From contig DATAWP010000082.1 in the NCBI GenBank assembly GCA_036267155.1, positions 35,686 to 99,685 on the forward strand: DNA of 64,000 nt, written 5' to 3'. Below are positions 17,279-25,721 of this stretch, in pieces (the stretch's first letter is position 1; each line of letters opens with the position of its first letter). The position numbers and the translations under genes are program-made. The notes beneath the pieces were generated by a model that saw only the letters and a list, made by a program, of their open reading frames with translations, searched no databases and had not been told where the DNA came from. Source of the stretch: Tepidisphaeraceae bacterium (GTDB taxonomy: Bacteria > Planctomycetota > Phycisphaerae > Tepidisphaerales > Tepidisphaeraceae).

Positions 17279-19396
17279 ATGGCCAGCGCCCGTTTCGCCT
17301 GGGGCATCGATATCGGTAATCGTGCCCTGAAGGCAATCAAGCTCGTCCGTGGAGAGGGCGGCCTGCGGATTGATGACTTCGAGGTGATCGAGCACGAGAA
17401 CGTCCTGTCCAACGCGGGGGACAACAAAGAAGCGCTGATCCAATCCGCGCTGGCTAATTTCGTGCAGAGGCATGCGATCAAAGGGGGTGTGGCGGCGATC
17501 AGCGTCAGCGGGGTTTCCAGCTTTGCCCGGTTCATCAAGCTGCCGCCGGTGGAACCCAAGAAGATTCCGGAAATCGTCCGTTTCGAAGCGATTCAGCAAA
17601 TCCCCTTTCCACTGGACGATGTCGAGTGGAGCTACCAGCTTTTTCAGACGCCCGAATCGCCGGATGTGGAGGTCGGCATCTTCGCGATGCGGCGGGAGCT
17701 GGTGAACGCGCACATCAAGCACTTCACGGATGTGGATCTGAACGTGCAGGTCGTGCAGATGAATCCGCTGGCGGTCTACAATGCGATGTATCACGACAAC
17801 CGCTTGCAGGGCACGACGATGATCATCGACCTGGGGGCGGAAAACACGGATCTGATCATCGCGGATGGGGAGACCATCTGGCTAAGGTCGATCCCCATCG
17901 GGGGGAATAATTTCACGGAAGTGCTGGTCAAGAGCTTCAAGTTGCCGTTTAACAAGGCGGAAGACCTGAAGCGGAACGCGAACACGAGCAAATATGCTCG
18001 CCAGATTTTCCAGGCGATGCGGCCGGTTTTTGCCGATCTGGTGGCCGAGATTCAGCGGAGCATCGGGTTTTATTCCTCGGTGCATCGCGAGTCACGAATC
18101 AAGAAAGTCCTGGCCCTCGGCGGCACATTCCGCCTGGCGGGACTGCAAAAATACCTTCAGCAGAACCTGCAACTGGATGTGGAGAAGCTCAATGAGCTGA
18201 CCGCCGGCGCCCCGGCGGATGCCAAGCTGGCGGCCACGTTCAATCAGAACCTGCTGTCGCTGGTGAGCGCTTACGGCCTGGCGATCCAGGCGATGGGCGA
18301 CAGCAAGATCACCAGCAGCCTGCTCCCGATGAAGATTCGCCGGGAGAAGATGTGGAGGGACAAGACCAAGTGGTTCGGCGCCGCCGCGGCAATATTCGTG
18401 CTGGGCACCGGCATGTCTCTGCTGGGTTATTATCTGCGCGATTTGGAATATAAGAGCGCCGCGGACATCCGTGAGAACCGCATTGACCCGATCCTGAGAC
18501 AAGCGACGGACCTTAGCGATGCGTGGAGGGACAAAGTTGAAGGCAACGGCGCGACGGATCGAATGACGATTCAGAATGTGCGGTCCATGCTGGAGGGGCG
18601 CGGCTTATGGATCAATTTGCTGGGGGATGTCTTTGCTTCGCTGCCGCCGGTGCCGACCGGGTATCCCACTGCGGAATACCTTAAGACCCATCCGCGGCCG
18701 ACCCGGAATATCATCCTCATCGATAAGATCGAATCGACATATTATCCCGATCTGCTCCAAGCGCTCACGGCTGCGCCGCCGGAACTTGCAATGGCGCCCG
18801 CCGTGGCCGGTCAGCCGCCGAGCGACCCGGCGATTCCCAGCGGGTCCCGCGGTTTTATCATCACTATCAGCATAACTACGCCGCATAAAGACGGCTTTTT
18901 GTTGGCCCTGACCAGCTTCATCCCGAATTTAAAGAAACATGATCGGGCGGCGATGGATGCGTGGAATACCGCCAACCCAAAGAACCCCAAGACCTATTAC
19001 ATTGCCAAGGTCTCGGCTCCGATGCAGCAGGTCCGGATCAGCGATGACCCGACCCGGATTCAGCAAATGCAGGCTTCGTACACAGACGCTCAGAATCTGT
19101 TGGGCGTGAAGCCGGGCGACCAGCAGCCGGCGGTCAACCCGACGGGCAGATCGCCATACGGCGGTTACGGCGGTCCGCCGGGATATGGCCGCTTCGGTGG
19201 TCTGCCCAGAGGATATATCCCGCAGCCCGCCAACCAGCCGGCGGGAAACGCACCCGGAATGGACAACGGCATGTACATTGATCGCCTGACTCAGGAGGAC
19301 CGCCGTGACGATTGGGAGATGAAGGTAGAGTTGATCGTGGTCATCGATCCATCCCCGCAGGCGCCGGCCGCCCCGGCATCGCCGCAGTCGCCTTGA
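17279..19396 (+). CDS. pilM: type IV pilus assembly protein PilM fused to a TM/periplasmic (PilN-like) extension
   Basis: 705 aa. The N-terminal roughly 340 aa form an actin-like ATPase fold typical of PilM (WGIDIGNRALKAIKL..., GGTFRLAGLQKYL). A TM helix follows (WFGAAAAIFVLGTGMSLLGYYL), then a long C-terminal region with a PYGGYGGPPGYGRFGG tract. Confidence 0.8.
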   Translation: MASARFAWGIDIGNRALKAIKLVRGEGGLRIDDFEVIEHENVLSNAGDNKEALIQSALANFVQRHAIKGGVAAISVSGVSSFARFIKLPPVEPKKIPEIVRFEAIQQIPFPLDDVEWSYQLFQTPESPDVEVGIFAMRRELVNAHIKHFTDVDLNVQVVQMNPLAVYNAMYHDNRLQGTTMIIDLGAENTDLIIADGETIWLRSIPIGGNNFTEVLVKSFKLPFNKAEDLKRNANTSKYARQIFQAMRPVFADLVAEIQRSIGFYSSVHRESRIKKVLALGGTFRLAGLQKYLQQNLQLDVEKLNELTAGAPADAKLAATFNQNLLSLVSAYGLAIQAMGDSKITSSLLPMKIRREKMWRDKTKWFGAAAAIFVLGTGMSLLGYYLRDLEYKSAADIRENRIDPILRQATDLSDAWRDKVEGNGATDRMTIQNVRSMLEGRGLWINLLGDVFASLPPVPTGYPTAEYLKTHPRPTRNIILIDKIESTYYPDLLQALTAAPPELAMAPAVAGQPPSDPAIPSGSRGFIITISITTPHKDGFLLALTSFIPNLKKHDRAAMDAWNTANPKNPKTYYIAKVSAPMQQVRISDDPTRIQQMQASYTDAQNLLGVKPGDQQPAVNPTGRSPYGGYGGPPGYGRFGGLPRGYIPQPANQPAGNAPGMDNGMYIDRLTQEDRRDDWEMKVELIVVIDPSPQAPAAPASPQSP

Positions 19397-19412
19397 AAAG
19401 CGGAGACGCCAA

Positions 19413-20801
19413 ATGGAAGTGCTAAAGAAAAATCTATTCAGCATCATCTTTGGGATCATTGCGATCCTGGCCGTCGTGGCGTTGTACTGGCCGATGGACG
19501 GGTTGTACGCCACGCTGCGCACTGAACTCGACAGCCGCGTTCAGGTGAGCAGTAGCCTGGACGCGTTGACGAACGCTTCGCGGTCGATGCCGCTGTTGTC
19601 GCCGGATGAGACCAATCCCGCTCCGCTTGAGGTTTTCCCAACGCAGCCGGTCATTGACGCCGGTATAGCGGCAACCCAGCAGGTCAGCCAACAGGCTCAA
19701 AAAATGCTCGATCGCGCGGTGAGCGCCAATCAGCATTTGCCGCTGTTGCCGGATGAATTGCCCAAGCCGACCGATTCCAACCGCTATCTGTTTGCCCAGC
19801 AATATGCACGGGCAACGACGGATTACTCGCGCTGGCAGCAGATTCTGGACTCCACGGCGCCTCCAACGCCCGAAGAAGTTCAGGCGGCGAAGGACAAGCT
19901 TCTCGAGGAAATCGACAAGGCGCGGCTGGTCACCGACGCGCAGGGCAATCCAACTCCTGATTCAACGGCCGAGGCGCAGGAGGAATATGGCCTGGAATCG
20001 GCATCGGTTCAGCCGCGCATGGAGTTGGAACGGGCGCAGCGGCACCAAATATATTTGTTGCCGAATTCGCTGCCGGTGGACACGAAAATCAAGGATGGAA
20101 CGTTCCCCATGCCGGACGAGATTTGCGATGCCCAGCTTGTGATGTGGGTGTTGGATGACGTCACGCAGGCGATCGCAAAGGCGAACGAGCTTTATTCCGA
20201 TCCGGCTTCACCGGGCGGGCCGCCTCAGCACGACATCCTCCATGCCGCGGTGAAGAGCATCGAGGGAATTGACGCTCCCGCGCCGGTTCTCGCTCAGACG
20301 GGAGTGGACGCGACGGCGGGCGTCAACAGCCCCGCGCCGATGGATCCGACGGTGTCCCCCACCGGCCGGGTCTGCAACGGGCTGTATGACGCGGTGCGAT
20401 TCCGGGTCAGACTGGTAGTGGATGCGGCGAAGGTCGAAGAGGTGATGCGTCAACTGGAAGTGGGTCAGTTCATCACCGTGTTGAATGTGCAATTCAATGA
20501 AGTGGTCGACCCCGCCGCCGCAGCGTCGGCGACGACCGGCGGTTTTCGCTACGGCGATAAGCCGGTCGTGAGGGTGGAGTTCGACTGTGAGGAATTGCTG
20601 ATGCGGAAGTGGACTGACAACATTCTTCCCGAATCGAGGAAGAACGGATTAGGCAAAGGCGCGTTGGGCAACTCGCCGGAGAATGGCGCCCAGCCGGAGT
20701 ATGGGCAGCCCGGCGGTCCCCCCGGCGGCGCGCCCGGTTTTGGCGTACCCCCTAGATTTGGCGGGCCTCCCGGTGGCTTTGGTGGACCGCCGCGCCGTTA
20801 G
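19413..20801 (+). CDS. hypothetical N-terminally anchored protein in pilM operon (PilO-position)
   Basis: 462 aa. It has an N-terminal TM helix (LFSIIFGIIAILAVVALYW) and the C-terminal tail GGPPGGAPGFGVPPRFGGPPGGFGGPPRR. It starts 17 nt after the pilM stop. Confidence 0.7.
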   Translation: MEVLKKNLFSIIFGIIAILAVVALYWPMDGLYATLRTELDSRVQVSSSLDALTNASRSMPLLSPDETNPAPLEVFPTQPVIDAGIAATQQVSQQAQKMLDRAVSANQHLPLLPDELPKPTDSNRYLFAQQYARATTDYSRWQQILDSTAPPTPEEVQAAKDKLLEEIDKARLVTDAQGNPTPDSTAEAQEEYGLESASVQPRMELERAQRHQIYLLPNSLPVDTKIKDGTFPMPDEICDAQLVMWVLDDVTQAIAKANELYSDPASPGGPPQHDILHAAVKSIEGIDAPAPVLAQTGVDATAGVNSPAPMDPTVSPTGRVCNGLYDAVRFRVRLVVDAAKVEEVMRQLEVGQFITVLNVQFNEVVDPAAAASATTGGFRYGDKPVVRVEFDCEELLMRKWTDNILPESRKNGLGKGALGNSPENGAQPEYGQPGGPPGGAPGFGVPPRFGGPPGGFGGPPRR

Positions 20802-20832
20802 TTTTCTGGCGGATTTGTTGTTCGGGTGATTT

Positions 20833-22746
20833 ATGCAAAAGATTGTACGATTCCTCGAATCGAGCGTGGAGTGGGTGGTTTTGGGAATCGCCGTTCTCTT
20901 TTTGGGATGGGCGGCATTCTACTACCTGATCAGCGACCCCGTTTCCAAAACGCTGGAAGGAACCTCCGTCAACCCGGGCACCGTTGATCAATTCATTGCG
21001 GACCACGCGGCCAAGCGGTTGGGAGACAAGATTAGCGACGTGGAGGCGGTGCCGAGCTTCAACGTCGAGAATTTCACCCTCGCGCTGGATCAGAAGCTTT
21101 CATTGGACGACGACAAGCCAACGGAATTGGCGAGCGGCGATTTCGATTACTCGCCATTTGACATCGGCAATTTGCCAGGCCAGGCCAATACGCTGGGCGT
21201 TCCGGTGCAAGTGCTTCCGACCTTGCCGGCTGCGCAACCGCTGCTGATTGCCGCCGCGCTTGATACGCTTGCCCCGCCAAACGCAAACGGCGCCGCGCCC
21301 AATGCAGCGGCGCCGAACGGGGCGCAGCCGGCGATCGTGGGAAAAGACACGCGATTGGTGGTCGCGGCGTTTACGATTCCCTGGTCCAACCTTTACAATC
21401 AATGGAACAAATCGTTTGGACCGCCTCAGCCGAGCGGCCAACCGAGGCTCTCGCCGGCGGATTTCGAGATTCTGGCAATCACGGCCTATCGCGATGAGAA
21501 GATCGGTACCCAGTGGAGCAAGGGTACCGAGGTGAAGGCGTTCATTAGCGATCTGCCGAAGTATCCGAAAGCTGGTGATAAGCTCGCCGAGCAGAATTAT
21601 TTGCAGGCCCTCGCAAAAGAATCGAACGCGGTGGTTGCGCCAACGATTCCAACACCACTGGCCGGCGTGGTGTGGAAAGATCCGCTGATGTATTTGCCGT
21701 CAACTTCCGGCCAAGCCGGCAACCCCAGCCCAGCGGAACAAAACGGCTCAGGCATGCTACCGGCAACTGAACAGCCGATGGTGATCAATACATCCGAATC
21801 GTTGGGAGGAACGCTGTTGGCCCAGTATCGGGGCGGTGTAGGCGGACCTCCGGCCGGATTTGGTGGTGGCCCCCGCTTTGGCGGCCCCCCGCGACCCCAG
21901 GCGCCGCCGCAGAACACCGAGCAGACGCCGCCACCCCCGCCGACGCCCATTGCGCCCGCGCCTGGAACGGTCGATCCCGTCGTCGTGCTTGCCAAGCCGA
22001 ACGTGGCGCCCAATCCAATGCCTGTTGAGGCAGCGAAGCAGTTGAATATCGTTGCGATGCCCGCGAAAGGGCCGGATTTATGCGTGTACATCGTCGATGA
22101 TACAGCCGACGCGGGTAAAACGTATCGGTATCGCATCGTTTACAAGGTGCTCAACCCGCTGTTCAACAAGGCGCCCGAACACGCATCCAAAGCCCAGTGG
22201 GTGAATCAATTCGATCTGGTCTCCCCCATGAGCGACTTCTCGCCGGAGATCACGGTTCCGGTGCAGACTTATTTCTTTTGCGGAAAACAGCAGGGCATCA
22301 GCAAAACTTCCGCCTGTCCATTCGACGTTTTCACCTGGTCCAATGGGAAGTGGCAGCAGAAGACGTTTAACGCCAACGTGGGCGATCCGATCGGCGGAAT
22401 GGACGGCACGGTGGACTATTTCACCGGATATAGCTTCGTGGAAAAACAGTCCACGCGAAACAGCAAAACGCTGGTCACGCTGGTCGACCGCGACGGCATC
22501 GCCGATATTCGCGATGCATCGAAGGATTACGAAAGCGCGGATTACAAACAGAAAGCGCAATGGGTGGAGCAGGACAAGAACGGCGGCACACAAAATCTTG
22601 CACAGCCGCCCGGCGGAATGCCTGGTGGGTTCGGCAGACCACCTGGCTTCGGTGGCGGCCCCCCCGGCGGGCAACCAGGGTACGGCGGTCCGCCTGGCTA
22701 TGGCGGTCCCCCTGGCTACGGCGGCGCAGCGGGGCGTGGGCGATAG
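20833..22746 (+). CDS. hypothetical N-terminally anchored protein in pilM operon
   Basis: 637 aa. It has an N-terminal TM helix (WVVLGIAVLFLGWAAFYYLI), an internal GGPPAGFGGGPRFGGPPRP tract, and the C-terminal tail GGMPGGFGRPPGFGGGPPGGQPGYGGPPGYGGPPGYGG. Confidence 0.7.
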   Translation: MQKIVRFLESSVEWVVLGIAVLFLGWAAFYYLISDPVSKTLEGTSVNPGTVDQFIADHAAKRLGDKISDVEAVPSFNVENFTLALDQKLSLDDDKPTELASGDFDYSPFDIGNLPGQANTLGVPVQVLPTLPAAQPLLIAAALDTLAPPNANGAAPNAAAPNGAQPAIVGKDTRLVVAAFTIPWSNLYNQWNKSFGPPQPSGQPRLSPADFEILAITAYRDEKIGTQWSKGTEVKAFISDLPKYPKAGDKLAEQNYLQALAKESNAVVAPTIPTPLAGVVWKDPLMYLPSTSGQAGNPSPAEQNGSGMLPATEQPMVINTSESLGGTLLAQYRGGVGGPPAGFGGGPRFGGPPRPQAPPQNTEQTPPPPPTPIAPAPGTVDPVVVLAKPNVAPNPMPVEAAKQLNIVAMPAKGPDLCVYIVDDTADAGKTYRYRIVYKVLNPLFNKAPEHASKAQWVNQFDLVSPMSDFSPEITVPVQTYFFCGKQQGISKTSACPFDVFTWSNGKWQQKTFNANVGDPIGGMDGTVDYFTGYSFVEKQSTRNSKTLVTLVDRDGIADIRDASKDYESADYKQKAQWVEQDKNGGTQNLAQPPGGMPGGFGRPPGFGGGPPGGQPGYGGPPGYGGPPGYGGAAGRGR

Positions 22747-22777
22747 AATATCGCGGACTCTCCAACGCGGCTGATTG

Positions 22778-23056
22778 TCAGAGTTCATCCAACTGTATCC
22801 CAATGCCGCCGCTTTCCCCCGCAAGCTGCGAGGCCGGATATGTCCGCAACCTTTGATTATTCTGCACGGGCCGTGCAATGTGCTCGGGCAATTCCACTCC
22901 CGCTTTCGTGGCACGACGCCGGGCGTTGCGCAGGCGTGACAGAACTGCTCGCCGACTGATGTGCAGCCAGGCGGCAATCTGATTGATGGATGCCTGACGC
23001 CCGTAACGAAGCCAAAGGGCCTCTTGTTGCTTTTCCGTCAGAGCCAGTGAATTCAC
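22778..23056 (-). CDS. small sigma-70 region-4-like HTH DNA-binding protein
   Basis: GTG start at 23056, preceded by AGGAGG (23068-23063) with 6-nt spacing. The GTG overlaps the upstream TGA (GTGA). The product is VNSLALTEKQQEALWLRYGRQASINQIAAWLHISRRAVLSRLRNARRRA..., an HTH of the sigma r4/LuxR type. The longer track ORF (to 23254) has an Arg/Pro-rich, non-protein-like N-terminus. Confidence 0.65.
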   Translation of the reverse strand: MNSLALTEKQQEALWLRYGRQASINQIAAWLHISRRAVLSRLRNARRRATKAGVELPEHIARPVQNNQRLRTYPASQLAGESGGIGIQLDEL

Positions 23057-23487
23057 GCATTTCCTCCTGCTCCTGCCCGGCCGATGAAAACGCTGCCGAA
23101 TCGGGGGCGATCGTTCCGCAGACGAGCCCGTTCTTCGGCGAATTCCGGATCCTCCTCCGCTTCGACCTGGCAATCGAGGGAATAATTCGATTCCCGGACC
23201 GGCCGGGGATGGCGGCGATTGGGGAACAGCGTTCGACACGCGGGGCACGCGCATTGAAAATCCGGAGCGTACGCGGCGCTGCGGTAGAGACAGTCCTCCG
23301 CCCAGGTGGAGGAACAGGCGGTTTCTTCGATTTGGCGGCGGATGTGACGAAGCTGGCGAAGGAGCGTCGTTTCGGGTTCTGATCGGGTCTGACGATTCTG
23401 ATGCCGCCGCCCCAACCTGCCTTCGGCCTCGCCTTCGCTATCCGCATCGACTACTATGTTTGGATTATTTACAACTATTTCCGCCAT
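23053..23487 (-). CDS. hypothetical Cys-rich protein
   Basis: From the ATG at 23487: MAEIVVNNPNIVVDADSEGE... It contains C-x7-C...C-x-C-x2-C (ACSSTWAEDCLY...FQCACPAC). It is translationally coupled to the downstream HTH gene. Confidence 0.55.
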   Translation of the reverse strand: MAEIVVNNPNIVVDADSEGEAEGRLGRRHQNRQTRSEPETTLLRQLRHIRRQIEETACSSTWAEDCLYRSAAYAPDFQCACPACRTLFPNRRHPRPVRESNYSLDCQVEAEEDPEFAEERARLRNDRPRFGSVFIGRAGAGGNA

Positions 23488-23515
23488 CGAAATATCCTCC
23501 ACTGGTGCATCGGAT

Positions 23516-23911
23516 TCAGATTGAGGGCGACGCCGCCCGTCGAGAGGTCAGTTCTCCCCTTCCAAACATTTCCCGCAGCGCCCGATCGCGGTAGCCGATC
23601 CACATCTTCCAAAGCAGCCGGCCAAGTAACTCGCTGGGCGGTGGATCCGCGGATGCCCTGGACAAACCGGCCGCATCCTGGACTTCCAGAAGGGCGTCGC
23701 GTAATCGATCCGCATGGAGATTGACAAAGCGAGCCGAGACGGACTCCTGCTGATTGGCATCGCAGGCGTTCCAGAGGCGGTTTCCGCTGGCGTCACCCAA
23801 CTCATCCGCCGGTCCGTCGCAATCGGCCTGGCGGGTTTCCGCCGGCAAGCCTGGTTGCCAGGCGACGCTCAACCGCGGGAAACGCGCATAGTCCATTTGG
23901 GTTTTGCCCAT
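23516..23911 (-). CDS. hypothetical protein, first gene of operon divergent from repressor
   Basis: The track ORF is 23516..23950. The ATG at 23950 abuts the operator-like palindrome with no room for an RBS, so ATG 23911 (MGKTQMDYARF...) is preferred. No family recognised. Confidence 0.5.
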   Translation of the reverse strand: MGKTQMDYARFPRLSVAWQPGLPAETRQADCDGPADELGDASGNRLWNACDANQQESVSARFVNLHADRLRDALLEVQDAAGLSRASADPPPSELLGRLLWKMWIGYRDRALREMFGRGELTSRRAASPSI

Positions 23912-23950
23912 CGATATTTCCCGAAAGAGACTTGACAATATTCCAATCAT

Positions 23951-23967
23951 ACTCCAAACTTTGGAGT
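23951..23967. promoter_or_regulatory. operator-like palindrome in divergent intergenic region
   Basis: ACTCCAAA-C-TTTGGAGT has perfect 8-bp arms. A further GTTTGGA half-site lies at about 23991-23997 and a TCCAAT at about 23943. The intergenic region 23951-24032 is AT-rich and contains TTGACA at 23932-23937. Confidence 0.5.
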
Positions 23968-24032
23968 AGTCAACGAAAAAGTTAGGTAAATGTTTGGATC
24001 ATCAGGTTTCTCGGATATAAAGAAAGTCGGCC

Positions 24033-24743
24033 ATGGCGCGTGTCACAAAAATCTTCGGCAAACAGCTGACGGAGGCCAGGGAGAAAAAGGCGATGACCCA
24101 AAGGGAACTTGGCGAGGCGATTGGCTGCTCCGATGAAACCATCAGCAGGGTCGAACGCCACGAGGTGGCGGGCATTTGGACCAAGCGTCTTCCGAAATTG
24201 GCGTCAGCGCTGGGTTTGAGCCTTGATGACTTCAAGGCGAGATTCTGCGCAGCGGAGAACTCGCCCGCGATCAATGAGGCGGGGCGGTTGGGAATGTCCG
24301 TTGGCTTGAATATGCGCCGAGCGCGCCCGGTGCGGGTGTTACCGGAGTTCCAGATCGGCATCGCCGCCAGCCGGCGCGTGGACAAATTCTCCGAGCATCC
24401 CGATGCGAACCGGCTGGTGGCTGCCGCCGACCGCCGCGCCTTCGCCGCGCCCGTGGATGGAGATTGCCAACACCCCAAGTGGAAACACGGCGAGATCGTT
24501 GTGTTCAGCTTTGATGCCGCCGAGCGAGAAGGAATCCTGCCGGGCAAATCGTACTACCTCGCTTTTACGGATGGTTCGACGACTTTTAAACGGGTTTTCA
24601 AGGATGAGAAGGATCCCGACGTTTTCGTTCTTCGTTGCTGGAACCGCCGAAAATATCCAGCCGACCAGAGAGTTCATCGCGACGAAGTCGTGCGGATCGC
24701 ACGGGCCGTTTCCAAGCAGGTCGTCGTGGACGAGGATGAATGA
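24033..24743 (+). CDS. CI/LexA-like repressor: XRE-family HTH plus S24 peptidase-like C-terminal domain
   Basis: 236 aa. The N-terminus is MTQRELGEAIGCSDETISRVERHE (XRE HTH). The C-terminus, APVDGDCQHPKWKHGEIVVF...STTFKRVF, aligns by eye with the LexA/CI motifs G-[DNM]-S-M and [TV]-[FV]-K-[RK]-L. Cys145 (TGC at 24465-24467) occupies the nucleophile Ser position. Confidence 0.75.
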   Translation: MARVTKIFGKQLTEAREKKAMTQRELGEAIGCSDETISRVERHEVAGIWTKRLPKLASALGLSLDDFKARFCAAENSPAINEAGRLGMSVGLNMRRARPVRVLPEFQIGIAASRRVDKFSEHPDANRLVAAADRRAFAAPVDGDCQHPKWKHGEIVVFSFDAAEREGILPGKSYYLAFTDGSTTFKRVFKDEKDPDVFVLRCWNRRKYPADQRVHRDEVVRIARAVSKQVVVDEDE

Positions 24744-24776
24744 ATGGTCCGGCGATAGGCGCCGATGCAAAGGAAA

Positions 24777-24833
24777 GGCGGCGAAGCAGTGGGCGTACTC
24801 GAGTATCGTCGAGCCGCCACCCGCTTCGCCGCC
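24777..24833. terminator. hairpin between convergent genes (candidate bidirectional terminator)
   Basis: GGCGGCGAAGC (24777-24787) pairs with GCTTCGCCGCC (24823-24833). The loop contains the TACTCGAGTA palindrome. The element lies between the repressor stop and the PEP-CTERM gene stop. Confidence 0.4.
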
Positions 24834-24882
24834 GTAGTTTCAAGAAAAACAACGGTGACCCGCGCGGTTGCGAGAAACCAAA

Positions 24883-25614
24883 TTACGCGGGACGGCGCTG
24901 TTTAAGCTTCCGTCCCAATCCAATCAAGGCCAGGCCACCGAGGCCAGCCAGACTTTGCCACGCGGCTGCCGGCAGCGGAACGACGTTGCCTGGGCCACCG
25001 GGGCCGGACGAAGACAATTCCTTGAAGGAAAAATCAGATCCGGCCGGTGCGTCAATCAGGAGATTGTCGCCGCTGGCACTTGGATCGCCATTGCCCCAGA
25101 AGGACGTCACGCCGTTGCCTTGGGTTCCCGTATATGCCAGAACCGTATTCCCGGGATTGAGGGATACCGTGCTGTAGTCATACCCCGGTCCGGTCGGCGG
25201 GATGAACGTCCTGCCGACGCTGTCGAAGGTGGCCAGGGTGCTCGTTGTGTTCAACAGAACAAACGAGAACCCGTTGAACGAAGAGCCGGTATTGTTCACG
25301 ATCGTCTCATCCGGAATGACAAACTCCGTCGCAACCGTTCCGGTGTATCCGGCAATGGGCGCGAAGTTGATCTGATATCCCTGATTTGGCGCTGTGAACG
25401 TGGCTGTCTTTTCCAGATCGACCTGGTTGCCGTCCGCGGAATCCTGATTAATCGCCAGGCCGACGCCTGTGCTCCAGGATATATCCCAACCGTCGATTGC
25501 AACCGGGCTCGTATTCTGGATCTGGGCCGCCGGCGCTGACGTCGCACCGAGCATGCCCAATCCGGCGAGAACCGCACCCGCGGCTATCGCAACTTTTCTA
25601 TATCTGCTACTCAT
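24883..25614 (-). CDS. PEP-CTERM sorting-domain secreted protein
   Basis: From the internal ATG at 25614: MSSRYRKVAIAAGAVLAGLGMLGATSAPAA (signal peptide). The C-terminus VVPLPAAAWQSLAGLGGLALIGLGRKLKQRR is a PEP-CTERM-like motif followed by a TM helix and a basic tail. Confidence 0.75.
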   Translation of the reverse strand: MSSRYRKVAIAAGAVLAGLGMLGATSAPAAQIQNTSPVAIDGWDISWSTGVGLAINQDSADGNQVDLEKTATFTAPNQGYQINFAPIAGYTGTVATEFVIPDETIVNNTGSSFNGFSFVLLNTTSTLATFDSVGRTFIPPTGPGYDYSTVSLNPGNTVLAYTGTQGNGVTSFWGNGDPSASGDNLLIDAPAGSDFSFKELSSSGPGGPGNVVPLPAAAWQSLAGLGGLALIGLGRKLKQRRPA

Positions 25615-25721
25615 GTGTACCTCCTTAAAATTAAAAACTTCGGCCGCTATCCAAGTGGCCAACGATCTTCGATACCACATCGTCAGAAGCACGGTCAAGA
25701 CCGAAAAGCTTCTACAACAAC

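Noticed and set aside
22675-22730. Tandem 18-nt DNA repeats (possible array)
   Set aside because: They are in-frame codons for the YGGPPG repeats at the C-terminus of the 637-aa protein. There are no spacers, so this is not a CRISPR.
22778-23254. Full 158-aa version of the HTH ORF, and ORF 22857..23447
   Set aside because: The N-terminal 66 codons are Arg/Pro/Gly-rich and overlap the better-looking Cys-rich CDS. A GTG with a strong AGGAGG RBS at the stop of the upstream gene explains the HTH part alone.
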